A DNA stretch of 64,000 bases, from positions 2,944,001 through 3,008,000 of the forward strand of contig OZ244065.1 in NCBI GenBank assembly GCA_965215505.1. Direction: 5' to 3'. Positions 18,238-27,849 of this stretch are shown here, in pieces. Position 1 is the stretch's first letter. Each line of letters begins with the position of its first letter. Position numbers and translations under genes: made by a program. The stretch is from Capsulimonadaceae bacterium. Its GTDB lineage: Bacteria; Armatimonadota; Armatimonadia; Armatimonadales; Capsulimonadaceae. The notes under the pieces were generated by a model that did no database searches, was not told where the DNA came from, and saw only the letters and a program-made list of their open reading frames with translations.

Positions 18238-19013
18238 TGTTCGGGTTAACGCCGAAGTCTCCGGTCAGCGCGGAGGCAGGCGCGTGGGTCGAGGACTCCA
18301 TGCGCCGGTTCGTCGGCTTGTACGGGCAGGAGCGGCTTCAGGCATTGCCGGTGGTGCTGCCGACGGAAGAATTCTTTCCCGACGACTTCCAGGCGACTGA
18401 GGAGTCGGTTCAGGACACACTGCGGCGCGTCTGTGGGTTCCTGCGGGTGGACCCGAGCCGGGTGGTCCTGGAGGTTTTCGAGGACACCGAGGCGGAGTTG
18501 AGGGGGAAGCTCAGGGAAGCATTGCCCTCGTGGAACGACGACTCGACCGGTGCAGCGGGGACGTACAGCGAGGACGCGGAGGCGGCGATGTTCACGATCA
18601 GGGTCAAGCGCGACCTGCTGAGAGAGCCGGTGCGGCTCATCGCGACGCTGGCCCATGAGCTTTGCCATGTGCTGCTGCTGGGTGGGAGGCACATTGACCG
18701 GGAGGCCCCGGACATGGAGCCGCTGACCGACCTCCTGACCGTCTTCCTAGGAATGGGCGTCTTCACGGCGAATTCGGCGGCACACTTCACCCAGCACGAC
18801 GACGGCACCAAGCACGGGTGGTCGTTCCGCCGGCTCGGCTACCTTTCGGAGCCGATGTTCGGCTACGCGATGGCCGTCTTCGCCTCCGAGCGGGGCGAGT
18901 CCAGACCCGCGTGGGCGAAACACCTCTCGGTGAATGCCGGGGGCTACTTCCGGCAGGCTGTCAAGTTTCTCGCGCACCAGCGCGCACAGCAGGACAGGGG
19001 CAGTAGGAGGTGA
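18234..19013 (+). CDS. Hypothetical protein with HExxH (zincin-like) motif
   Basis: TLAHELCH followed by EPLTDL; ATGA overlap with the NUDIX gene. Confidence 0.7.
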   Translation: MMFGLTPKSPVSAEAGAWVEDSMRRFVGLYGQERLQALPVVLPTEEFFPDDFQATEESVQDTLRRVCGFLRVDPSRVVLEVFEDTEAELRGKLREALPSWNDDSTGAAGTYSEDAEAAMFTIRVKRDLLREPVRLIATLAHELCHVLLLGGRHIDREAPDMEPLTDLLTVFLGMGVFTANSAAHFTQHDDGTKHGWSFRRLGYLSEPMFGYAMAVFASERGESRPAWAKHLSVNAGGYFRQAVKFLAHQRAQQDRGSRR

Positions 19014-19022
19014 CGCGCTCTT

Positions 19023-20750
19023 TCAGAACTTCATGCCCAGATTTGCCGAGGCGTTGTAGTCTGAGGCGGCGGCGGAGGTCTGCTGGCGCTTGCCGTTCAG
19101 GGACAGGCTGAAGCGGTCCCCAAGATTATGCGTGAAGCCGACGGTGTAGGCGACCGACTGGGATGTGGAGGGGTCGAGGGCGTTCTGGCGGGTCTGGAAG
19201 CCGACCGTGAGGCTGGTCGCCGAGGAGAAGCGCAGGCCGAGGTCGGCGTGGATGGTTTCCTCGGTGTCGGGGGCGTCATAGCGGCGGGACCAGTCATAGC
19301 CGCCGGAGAGGCCGAGCGCGCCGAAGGTCGTTTCCAGCCCGAGGCCCTTCCGGGCCAGCCGCTGGGGCGCGTCGCCGTCGTCGGGGTTCTGGGCATAGGT
19401 GCCGGTCAGATGCACCGTCTTGAAGGGGGACAGGGCGACTCGGGCGGCGCTGGTGTCGAATAGGTCGCCCGGCGCGGCGTCGGCGGCGGGTGCCATGCGG
19501 CTCTTGTAGCTGCCGGAGAACTCCACGAACGAGAGCGGGCGCAGGGCACCGCTGACCGAGGCGACGGCGGTATTGAGTGAGTCGGGCGAGCCGTTTGTCG
19601 CTTTCTGGTGCAGGGCGAGGCCCGCGCCGAACTGCACGGCGGGGTGCGGGGTGAGCGAGAGGGCGACGGATTGCTGGTCGGTGGTCGCCGCGCCGAGCCG
19701 GGACTGGCCCGCCGAGGTTTCGACCGAGACGGTCTTGGTCGGCGTCAGGACCGTCTTGAGGCTGAGGCTCTGGCTGTCGGCGTCCGTGCCTGGGGCGTTC
19801 TTGCCGTCGTAGGCGGCACTGACCTCCAGTTTGGCCGTCGGGTGCGTGTCCACGGTGAGGCCCTGCGTCTGGGTCATTCCGGACGTCCCGGTCCCGGTCT
19901 GGTCGAGGGTGGCCCCTACTTTCGTCCTATCGCTGGGCGTGACCGTCAGAGACAGAGACGTGTCTTTGGCGGCGACCTGGGGGCCATCAGTGGGACTGGA
20001 GTCGTGGAAACTCACCTGCGCCTGGACGATCTTGGTGGGCGTGAACCGGCCGCTGAGGGTGAGCGACTGCTGCCCGGCGCGCAGGCTGTCGTCGCCGGCG
20101 TTCTCCAGGCCGACCCCGGCGCGGGCGAAGCCGAACGAGAACAAGGCCCAGCCGGAGGCCGCCGTGGAGCCGGCGAGGGACAGCCCCATGCGCTTCGCGG
20201 GCGAATCGGCATCGGCGTCTTTGGCCGGCAAGGCGGTAACGGGAGTGTAGAAAAAGTGCGACGAGAGCTGGGCGTTGTGATTCCCCGACCAGCCCGCGCT
20301 GGCACCTAGAGTCAGGCCGCCGGTGTCCTGGCCCTGTTTCCCCAGCGCGTCAAACGAGAAGTAGCCGTGTTCGCCGCGCAGCAGGTCTACGGAGAGCGGG
20401 AGGGTGCGGGCGGTGTCATTGCGCTGGGCCTGCGTGGGGTCCGGCTCATAAGTGACGGCGGCGACGGAGCGGGCGGGGAGGGCGCGGGTGAAAGTGACGG
20501 TGCCGTTGTCGGCATCCAGGGCATAGTCCAGCCCGCGGAGCTGCGGCAGGCCGTTGACGCTCACGCTCTCGGTGGCGGGCGTGATGTGCTTCCAGCTCAG
20601 GGTGAACGGGCCGGGCGTACCGTTGCCCAGGCAGAGGTCCTGCACGGGCGGCGTGCTGCACGCGCCGGGGAGGGCGAGGAGCAGGCCGAGTGTGGTCAGC
20701 AGACTGACTGGCGGGGCGAGGCGGGAACGCATGGCGGGTTTGATCTCCAT
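19023..20750 (-). CDS. Putative outer-membrane beta-barrel protein
   Basis: Signal/lipobox-like LPGAC; many amphipathic beta-strands; C-terminal ANLGMKF. Confidence 0.65.
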   Translation of the reverse strand: MEIKPAMRSRLAPPVSLLTTLGLLLALPGACSTPPVQDLCLGNGTPGPFTLSWKHITPATESVSVNGLPQLRGLDYALDADNGTVTFTRALPARSVAAVTYEPDPTQAQRNDTARTLPLSVDLLRGEHGYFSFDALGKQGQDTGGLTLGASAGWSGNHNAQLSSHFFYTPVTALPAKDADADSPAKRMGLSLAGSTAASGWALFSFGFARAGVGLENAGDDSLRAGQQSLTLSGRFTPTKIVQAQVSFHDSSPTDGPQVAAKDTSLSLTVTPSDRTKVGATLDQTGTGTSGMTQTQGLTVDTHPTAKLEVSAAYDGKNAPGTDADSQSLSLKTVLTPTKTVSVETSAGQSRLGAATTDQQSVALSLTPHPAVQFGAGLALHQKATNGSPDSLNTAVASVSGALRPLSFVEFSGSYKSRMAPAADAAPGDLFDTSAARVALSPFKTVHLTGTYAQNPDDGDAPQRLARKGLGLETTFGALGLSGGYDWSRRYDAPDTEETIHADLGLRFSSATSLTVGFQTRQNALDPSTSQSVAYTVGFTHNLGDRFSLSLNGKRQQTSAAASDYNASANLGMKF

Positions 20751-20836
20751 GCCGTTAGAGTGCGGGGCGCAAAGATTGTTTCAAAAGAGGAGGCGGGCAC
20801 CATTTACGGTGCCCGCCTTTGCGTGTCTGGATCGCC

Positions 20837-21844
20837 CTAAGACTTGTAGACGTAGAACGTGTTGCCGGACAGTGTCTGGACCGAGTAGCCGGCGGCCTTC
20901 GCCATCGCCTGGAGCGGGGTCGCCGCGTCGGGGGCCGAAAAGGCGTCCGATACCGGCTGTGTGGGGACGGCATTAACATCCACCACGACGGTCGCGCCGT
21001 AGTGGCTGGCGACGGCCTGCATGGCGTCCAGGAAGTCCGCGTTCGCCGGGGCCGCCGTTGCCGCGTCCGCCGCACCGTAGGGGGTGTAGACGACTTCGGA
21101 GCCGGACGCCACGCTCGGGTCATCCGGCGCCCACTTCACCAGCAGGTCCAGCGTCTCGCCGGCGGGCGGCGCGACGGTCGCCGCGATGGGGATCGAAACG
21201 CCGGTGCTGTTGTCCAGGTGTTCCTTCAGCACGGGCGTCGCCTCACCCAGATGGGCGGGGTCCGTGACCTGCTCCGCCCCGGTCACGACGTAGGCGGTGA
21301 CTGCGGCGGCGGGGACGTTCGGCGGCAGGTGCAGGTGGAACTGGTGATAGTTGTTGCTGTCACCGCCCATCCGCGTGTCCACCTTCTGTACGACGGCGGC
21401 GTTCGCCGGGGTCGCGACCGAAGACGTAATCGGGTTGATGTTGGTATCGAACCCAGGCCCCTTCGGAGTCGAATGCGTGAAAAGCACACCGAGGAACACT
21501 GCTGCCGCAAGGCCCGTCAGCGCTCCGCCCGTCATGCGCCGGTGTGAGACGGTCGAGAACCACCCGCCGGGGGCGGCACCCGGCGCGTGCGTCGTGAAGG
21601 TCGTTTCCCGCCGAGACTGCCCCGCCGCGACCTGCTCCAGAATCTTCGCCCGGAAGCCCGGCGGGACGTCCGCCTCGGCCCCCAGCGGCTGTTCCAGCAG
21701 GGCGTAGACGCGCGCGAACCGCGCGTAGTCCGCGCGGGCCGACGGGTCGGTCTCAAAGTGCTGATCCAGGGCCTGCCGCAGCGCAGGGGCCAGCACGCCC
21801 TCCGCGTAGTCCGAGTAGAGTTCCTGCGCCCTTTCCGGTTTCAT
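20837..21844 (-). CDS. Anti-sigma factor (degenerate zf-HC2-like N-terminus, TM, periplasmic domain)
   Basis: ELYSDYAEGVL...HFETDPSA, PPGFRAKIL, single TM; directly downstream of an ECF sigma. Confidence 0.8.
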   Translation of the reverse strand: MKPERAQELYSDYAEGVLAPALRQALDQHFETDPSARADYARFARVYALLEQPLGAEADVPPGFRAKILEQVAAGQSRRETTFTTHAPGAAPGGWFSTVSHRRMTGGALTGLAAAVFLGVLFTHSTPKGPGFDTNINPITSSVATPANAAVVQKVDTRMGGDSNNYHQFHLHLPPNVPAAAVTAYVVTGAEQVTDPAHLGEATPVLKEHLDNSTGVSIPIAATVAPPAGETLDLLVKWAPDDPSVASGSEVVYTPYGAADAATAAPANADFLDAMQAVASHYGATVVVDVNAVPTQPVSDAFSAPDAATPLQAMAKAAGYSVQTLSGNTFYVYKS

Positions 21845-21926
21845 GGTTAACTGTCCTTGCGTCCTAAAAGTGCATCCAGAATGATGTCGTGGGCGGGGCG
21901 TAAGCCGGCCCGCATTTCCGACGACG

Positions 21927-22553
21927 CTAGGTATTGAAAAGTTCCCGGATGCCGGAGAGTTTTTCTTTCAGAGCCAGGCGGGCACGGTTCAGGCGGCTCT
22001 TGACCGTGCCGATGGGCAGGTCCATGATCTCGGCGATCTCCTCATACGACTTCTGCTGGCCGTGGTAGAGGGTGACCATCGCGCGCTGGTACTCGGGCAG
22101 GCCGCCGATGGCTTTCTGAAGGAGCTGGGCGCGCTCGCTCTCTTCCAGGACGGCCTCGGGGCTTGGGGAGGGGTCCTCGATCTGACGGGCGACGCTGGAC
22201 TCGTCGAGTTCAAGGTACTCGTCGAGCGAGGCGTGCGGGTGCGCCTTGGCGCGCTTGCGTTCATCCAGGAAGACGTTCGTGGTGATGCGGAACAGCCAGG
22301 TGGAGAACGAGGCATCGCCACGGAAGGTGCCGATGGCATTGAAGACGCGAAGGAAGGCATCCTGGGCGACATCATTGGCGTCATCGTAGTTGCCGGTCAG
22401 TCGGTACGCGAAGTTGTAGACCTGCTTCTCGTACTTACGGACCAGGTCATTGAAAGCCGCCAGGTCCCCGCGCTTGCAGCGCTCGATGAGCGCCTTTTCT
22501 TCGGCAGAAACCGTCGCGCGGGGCCGCGCGGGGCGTGGAGCCGCATCATCCAT
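21927..22553 (-). CDS. ECF RNA polymerase sigma factor (RpoE/SigW-like)
   Basis: DANDVAQDAFL, FSTWLFRI, SYEEIAEIMDLPIGTVKSRLNRAR. Confidence 0.95.
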   Translation of the reverse strand: MDDAAPRPARPRATVSAEEKALIERCKRGDLAAFNDLVRKYEKQVYNFAYRLTGNYDDANDVAQDAFLRVFNAIGTFRGDASFSTWLFRITTNVFLDERKRAKAHPHASLDEYLELDESSVARQIEDPSPSPEAVLEESERAQLLQKAIGGLPEYQRAMVTLYHGQQKSYEEIAEIMDLPIGTVKSRLNRARLALKEKLSGIRELFNT

Positions 22554-22671
22554 TGGTCATCCTCGGCGGCGGGATCGGGGAACACATTCCTAGGAGCATA
22601 CTGAAAAGTTTTTTACCCAGCGGAGACGCCCTTTACGCCTGTCATCCTTGCTTGGACTGAGTCCTGAAATC

Positions 22672-22700
22672 AGTATGACGCGCGGCGGGGCGGTTGTCAA
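22672..22700 (-). promoter_or_regulatory. Sigma70-type promoter upstream of the ECF sigma gene
   Basis: Minus strand TTGACA (22700-22695) - 17 nt - CATACT (22677-22672). Confidence 0.6.
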
Positions 22701-22796
22701 GCGGCCCCGGAGGCCGGGGAGGCGTCGGAACAAGGACTTTCACGCCGCGCCGCCTAATGATAGGCGCAACACGACAAGTACAAGGGGCATTCAACG

Positions 22797-24272
22797 ATGA
22801 CAACCGAACAGACCACTCAGTCGGGCCAGGCCGCCGGGAACGCACTGCCGCGCAGCGCACCCGAAGCGCAGGGGCTTCCCGCTTCCGCCGTGCTGGCCCT
22901 CGTGGACGAGGCGGAGCGCAAGGCTTTGGGGGTCCACGGCCTGATGGTCCTCCGTCACGGCCACGTCGTCGCCGAGGGGTGGTGGGACCCTTACGGGGCG
23001 CAGCGCCCGCACATGCTGTATTCGCTCTCGAAGAGCTTCTGCTCGACGGCGGCGGGCCTGGCCGTGGCGGAGGGAAACTTATCGCTCGACGACACCGTCC
23101 TGTCCTTCTTCCCCGACGAAGCGCCCGCAGCGCCCGACGCGAACCTCTCCGCCATGCGCCTGCGCCACCTGCTGTCCATGTCCACGGGGCATGAGCAGGA
23201 CACGACGGGGCGGTTGCGGGACGCCGAGGGCGGGGACTGGGTGCGCGGCTTCCTGGCCCTGCCGGTGGAGCGGACTCCCGGCACACACTTTGTCTACAAC
23301 AGCGGCGCGACCTACATGGTTTCGGCCATCGTCCAGAAGGTGACGGGGCAGACCGTCCTGGACTATTTGGGGCCGCGCCTCTTCGGGCCGTTGGGCATCC
23401 AGAACCCGACCTGGGAAACCAGCCCGCAGGGGATCAGCGTGGGAGGCTGGGGCCTGAGCATCACGACCGAGGACATCGCCCGGTTCGGCCTGCTCTATCT
23501 CCAGGAGGGGGTCTGGCACGGCGAGCGCCTGCTGCCCGCTGCCTGGGTGGCCGAGGCGACCTCGAAGCAGGTGGAGAACGGGGAGAACCCGGACAGCGAT
23601 TGGGGGGTCGGGTACGGCTTCCAGTTCTGGCGCTGCCGCCACAACGCCTACCGGGGTGATGGGGCCTTCGGCCAGTTGTGCGTGGTCCTGCCGGAGCAAG
23701 ACGCCGTCGTGGCGATCACGGCGGGCACGAGCGACCTGGGCGGCGTCCTGAACCTGATCTGGGACCACCTGCTGCCCGCGATGGGTTCCGAAGTCCTGCC
23801 GGAAGACCCGGCGGCGGAGGAACGGCTCCGCGCGCGGCTGGCCGGCCTGTCCATGCCCGCGCCGGAGGGGGAGGCATCGTCGCCCGTCGCCGCCTCCGTC
23901 TCGGGCATGACGTATGCCTTTGACGCGGGCGATGCCAACGAACACAAGGTCGAGACGGCCCGGTGGGACTTCAGCCCGGACGGGGCGGCCGTAACTGTAA
24001 AAGATGCATTGGGGGAACACCGCATCGAGGCCGGGGCGGACGGATGGCGGCACGGGACGACGACACTGCGCGAGGGCCGCGCGCTGCCGGCGGCGGCGCG
24101 GGGCGCGTGGGTGGCCGAGGACACTTACACCCTCACGGCCTTCTTCACCGAGACGCCCTACGCCCTGACGCTCTCGGCGCACTTCTCGGAGGGCGGGGTG
24201 CGGCTCGACCTGCGCCAGAACGTCTCATTCGGCCCGACCGACCGGCCACTGCTGGAAGGGAGGGCGGCGTGA
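22797..24272 (+). CDS. Serine hydrolase, beta-lactamase-like family
   Basis: SLSKS (SxxK), FVYNS, YGFQFW, RGDGAFGQ. Confidence 0.9.
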   Translation: MTTEQTTQSGQAAGNALPRSAPEAQGLPASAVLALVDEAERKALGVHGLMVLRHGHVVAEGWWDPYGAQRPHMLYSLSKSFCSTAAGLAVAEGNLSLDDTVLSFFPDEAPAAPDANLSAMRLRHLLSMSTGHEQDTTGRLRDAEGGDWVRGFLALPVERTPGTHFVYNSGATYMVSAIVQKVTGQTVLDYLGPRLFGPLGIQNPTWETSPQGISVGGWGLSITTEDIARFGLLYLQEGVWHGERLLPAAWVAEATSKQVENGENPDSDWGVGYGFQFWRCRHNAYRGDGAFGQLCVVLPEQDAVVAITAGTSDLGGVLNLIWDHLLPAMGSEVLPEDPAAEERLRARLAGLSMPAPEGEASSPVAASVSGMTYAFDAGDANEHKVETARWDFSPDGAAVTVKDALGEHRIEAGADGWRHGTTTLREGRALPAAARGAWVAEDTYTLTAFFTETPYALTLSAHFSEGGVRLDLRQNVSFGPTDRPLLEGRAA

Positions 24273-24275
24273 GCG

Positions 24276-25355
24276 GTGCCGGACTTTCCAGAGTTCAACG
24301 GAGAAAACCACAGACACATGGATGACCTTGCCGCAAACCCCGAGGGCTATGACGACTTCCTGCACGATCTAAAGACCCGCGTCCGTGCCGCCCAGGTCAA
24401 GGCGGCTTTGTCCGTCAACCGGGAGTTGGTTCTGCTCTACTGGCAGATCGGGCGCGACATCCTCGCCCGCCAGCAGGCACAGGGCTGGGGGGCCAAGGTG
24501 ATCGAGCGCCTGTCCCGCGATCTGCGGCGCGAGTTCCCTGAGATGAAGGGGTTCTCCCGCACGAACCTGATGTACATGCGGGCCTTCGCCGAGGCTTACC
24601 CAGACGAGTCAATTGTCCAGCAGGCTGCTGGACAATTGCCCTGGTTCCATAACTGTGTCCTGCTGGACAAGGTCAAAGACGAAGCTGAAAGGCTTTGGTA
24701 CGCGCATCAGACGGTCGGGCACGGCTGGAGCCGCAACGTCCTGGTCCACCAGATCGAGAGCGGGCTGTTCCGTCGGCAGGGCAAGGCGCAGACGAACTTC
24801 GCCCAAACGCTGCCCGCGCCGCAGTCCGAACTGGCCCAGCAGATGCTCAAAGACCCCTACAATTTCGAGTTCCTCAGCCTCGGGGCGGACGCGCAGGAGC
24901 GGGACTTGGAGCAGGGACTTCTGGCGCATGTGCGGCAGTTCCTGCTCGAACTCGGCACGGGCTTCGCCTTCGTCGGCAGCCAGTATCATCTGGAAGTGGG
25001 CGGGGATGACTTCTATCTGGACCTGCTGTTTTACCATGTGCGCTTGCGCTGCTACATCGTGGTGGACCTGAAGATCGGCAAGTTCACGCCCGGCGACGCG
25101 GGCCAGCTCAACTTCTACCTGTCCGCCGTGGACGACCTGCTGCGTCACCCGGATGACCAGCCGACGCTGGGGCTGCTCCTGTGCAAGTCGAAGAATGAAA
25201 CAGTCGCCGAGTATGCTCTGCGCGACATCCGCAAGCCGCTGGGCATCGCCGAATACCACCTGCAAGACGCCGTCCCCGCCGAGTACCGGGGCAGCCTGCC
25301 GACGGTGGCGGAGTTAGAGGCGGAGCTGCACCGCGCCCTCCCCGGAGACGAATGA
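24276..25355 (+). CDS. yhcG: YhcG/DUF1016 PD-(D/E)XK nuclease-domain protein, copy 1 (alternative start 24318)
   Basis: LYWQIG, KDPYNFEFL, FLLELGTGFAFVG, DLLFYH, GLLLCK. Confidence 0.92.
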   Translation: MPDFPEFNGENHRHMDDLAANPEGYDDFLHDLKTRVRAAQVKAALSVNRELVLLYWQIGRDILARQQAQGWGAKVIERLSRDLRREFPEMKGFSRTNLMYMRAFAEAYPDESIVQQAAGQLPWFHNCVLLDKVKDEAERLWYAHQTVGHGWSRNVLVHQIESGLFRRQGKAQTNFAQTLPAPQSELAQQMLKDPYNFEFLSLGADAQERDLEQGLLAHVRQFLLELGTGFAFVGSQYHLEVGGDDFYLDLLFYHVRLRCYIVVDLKIGKFTPGDAGQLNFYLSAVDDLLRHPDDQPTLGLLLCKSKNETVAEYALRDIRKPLGIAEYHLQDAVPAEYRGSLPTVAELEAELHRALPGDE

Positions 25356-25364
25356 GGCCACCCC

Positions 25365-25817
25365 ATGCCTGAACTCTACACCATCGGCTACCAGGGCGTC
25401 TCGCAGGCGGCCCTGCTCCGAACGCTGGCGTTCCACGCCGTCCAAACCCTGCTGGACATCCGCGAGCGGCCCCAGAGCCGCAAGCCCGGCCTATCCAAGA
25501 CCGCCTTGGGGCAGGCCGCCGCCGGCTTCGGCATCCGGTACGCGCACCTCGGCGCGCTGGGAACGCCCCGCGAGGTGCGTTACCGGCGCAAGATGGACCA
25601 CGATGCCGAGGCGTTCAAAGAGGGGTATCTAGAATATCTCGCGACGCAGGACGAGGAGATGGCTGCCTTGGTCACACGGGCGGAGCGGGAGAGCTGCTGT
25701 CTGCTGTGTTACGAGAAGGACGCGCAGGAATGCCACCGCCTGTTCGTCGCCGAACAGGCGGAGCGGATGAGCAGGGGGCATCTGATGCCCGTGCATCTGG
25801 CGGTGTCGGAGGATTAG
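25365..25817 (+). CDS. DUF488-domain protein
   Basis: LYTIGYQG, DIRERPQSRKPG, LLCYEKD...CHR. Confidence 0.85.
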   Translation: MPELYTIGYQGVSQAALLRTLAFHAVQTLLDIRERPQSRKPGLSKTALGQAAAGFGIRYAHLGALGTPREVRYRRKMDHDAEAFKEGYLEYLATQDEEMAALVTRAERESCCLLCYEKDAQECHRLFVAEQAERMSRGHLMPVHLAVSED

Positions 25818-26170
25818 GGGAAGGGCCTGCGTGTCACTCAGTCAGCGCGTGCGCTTCGGGACGCGCAACGTCAGCCGGGGCCGGAGGCGGCGGAACGTCC
25901 GGTCCTTTAGCGACCGGACCCGCTGCCAGTGGGAACGGCGGGTGTGGGCAGCAGCGGTCGTCGCTGCCGTCTCCGTCAGTCTGAGGTAGAAGAGGGCGGC
26001 CAGAGCGAGATAAATGCCGAATAGTCCTAACATCATCACTGCCACACGCTTTCCGATGCCCGCAAACCTCGGCATCCATTAACTGGTTTATCTCACGGAA
26101 CAGCCGTGCCTAAACATCAGCCGCGTGTGGCGCACGCTTATCACCGCCGGAACATCAACAGGAGGACGCT

Positions 26171-26557
26171 ATGAACGCCGTGTTCGAGACAGCCGCACCT
26201 TACCAGGGCGACGTGATGGAACTGCCCGTTGGAAACCTGGAAGAAGCCATCCCCTTTTACGAGTCGGTGATGGGGTTCCGGGTCGTGTCCCGCCGGGAAG
26301 CGCCGCACCGGTCCGCCGTCCTGGGCCGGGACGGCATCGAGATCGGCCTAGCCGAGAACGGCGGCGACCCCGCCCAGAACGGCTGCTTCTTCGCCGTGGA
26401 CGACGTCGAAGCCGCCTTCGCCGAACTCAGAGCGAACGGCCTGGGCCGGCAGGAAGCCGGTTTCCGGCTGGACCGCTATGGGGACGCCGCCTACCGCGTC
26501 TTCTTCGTCATCGCCCCGGACGGGCTGTGTTATTCCCTCGGCCAGCGTCAGGACTGA
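26171..26557 (+). CDS. VOC/glyoxalase family protein
   Basis: GGAGG RBS; AIPFYESVMGF, FFAVDDVE, APDG. Confidence 0.85.
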   Translation: MNAVFETAAPYQGDVMELPVGNLEEAIPFYESVMGFRVVSRREAPHRSAVLGRDGIEIGLAENGGDPAQNGCFFAVDDVEAAFAELRANGLGRQEAGFRLDRYGDAAYRVFFVIAPDGLCYSLGQRQD

Positions 26558-27831
26558 GGCGCGGGGTCGGTCGAGGCCACGGGACCGGGCACGGCCAGCA
26601 GGGCGGGCGTCCGGTCGGGCATGTGCCAGTCGCTGTCGAGGTACTCGGTCCAGACGCGGTCGTAGGTCTGGATCGTCTGCCGCGCGATGGTGTGCCAGTT
26701 GAAGGTCGTCTGCACCCGCTCGTAGGCGGCCTCGACCATGCGGGCGGCCGTCTCCGGCTCGTGCAGCAGCTTCAGCAGGCCGTCGGCCAGCGAGTTGGGG
26801 TTGCCGGCGTAGGTGGTAATGCCGGTGACGTTGTTCTCGACCACTTCCGGCAGGCCGCCGCCGTCGGAGACGACGACCGGGACGCGGGCGGCCATCGCCT
26901 CCAACGCGACGATGCCGAACGGCTCATAGAGAGAGGGGAAACAGGCAATATCTATGATGCTGTAGATCTTCAGCAGGTCGTCGTCGGGCACGAAGCCGGC
27001 GAAGTAGACGTGCCGCTCCATGCCGAGATACGCGGCGAGGTTGACCAGGTGTTCGCGCTGGCCCCCGCCGCAGATGAGCAGTTTGGCGTCGTGGTAGCCC
27101 CAGCGGACCTTGGGCAGCGACTCGATGAGGACCTGGACGCCCTTCTCGCGCACCATGCGGCCCACGAAGAAGATGATCTTTTCTTCCGGTGCGGCGTACC
27201 GGGCGCGGAAGGCGGCCTTCTCCTCCGCCGTGAAGTGCGGCAGCCGGAACTTGGCGGCGTCCACGCCGTTCGGGATGATGTCCATCTTGTCCCAGGGCGT
27301 GTGCAGGGCGTGGTGACACTCGCGCTCCATGAAATGCGTACAGACGATGACGCGCCAGGCCTCGTTCTGGAGCTGGCCTTCCACCGAGTTGATATACTCC
27401 TGGGTCGGCCCCTTGATGCCGCTGTTGCGCCCGTACTCGGTGGCGTGGATGGTGGCGACGAGCGGCAGGTGGTATTTGTGCTTGAGCGCGGCGGCGGCGA
27501 AGTGGGCGAGCCAGTCGTGGGGGTGGAGCAGGAGCGGCATGCCGTCCGCCCTGTCCAGCAGGGCGGCGACGAGGGTGTCGGCGCGGGCGAGCATGGCGTC
27601 GTTGAGGAGCTGGACCCAGTGGACGAAGTCGTTGCCCGGCCCCGAGGGGGTGACGCGGTAGATGTGGATGCCGTCCTCGACCTCCTCGGCGAGCGCGCCG
27701 GGGTGTTCGCAGGTGACGACGTGGACCTCGATGTCCAGCTTGACCAGCGCGTGGGCCAGGTCATAGACATGGCGCGAGATGCCGCCGACGATCTTGGGGG
27801 GGTACTCCCAGCTTAACATGATGACGCGCAT
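26548..27831 (-). CDS. Glycosyltransferase family 4 protein
   Basis: WEYPPKIVGGI, GRMVREKG, YEPFGIVALEAMA. Confidence 0.93.
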   Translation of the reverse strand: MRVIMLSWEYPPKIVGGISRHVYDLAHALVKLDIEVHVVTCEHPGALAEEVEDGIHIYRVTPSGPGNDFVHWVQLLNDAMLARADTLVAALLDRADGMPLLLHPHDWLAHFAAAALKHKYHLPLVATIHATEYGRNSGIKGPTQEYINSVEGQLQNEAWRVIVCTHFMERECHHALHTPWDKMDIIPNGVDAAKFRLPHFTAEEKAAFRARYAAPEEKIIFFVGRMVREKGVQVLIESLPKVRWGYHDAKLLICGGGQREHLVNLAAYLGMERHVYFAGFVPDDDLLKIYSIIDIACFPSLYEPFGIVALEAMAARVPVVVSDGGGLPEVVENNVTGITTYAGNPNSLADGLLKLLHEPETAARMVEAAYERVQTTFNWHTIARQTIQTYDRVWTEYLDSDWHMPDRTPALLAVPGPVASTDPAPQS

Positions 27832-27849
27832 GAGTTCAAGCGCCTCCCT

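Noticed and set aside
22797-24272. Antibiotic-resistance beta-lactamase
   Set aside because: No signal peptide; motifs fit the broad serine hydrolase family
25842-26075. 77-aa minus-strand membrane ORF
   Set aside because: Has a hydrophobic stretch and could be real, but no motif or clear RBS supports it
26125-27816. 563-aa plus-strand ORF
   Set aside because: Antisense shadow of the GT4 gene and off-frame to the VOC gene, typical of high-GC DNA
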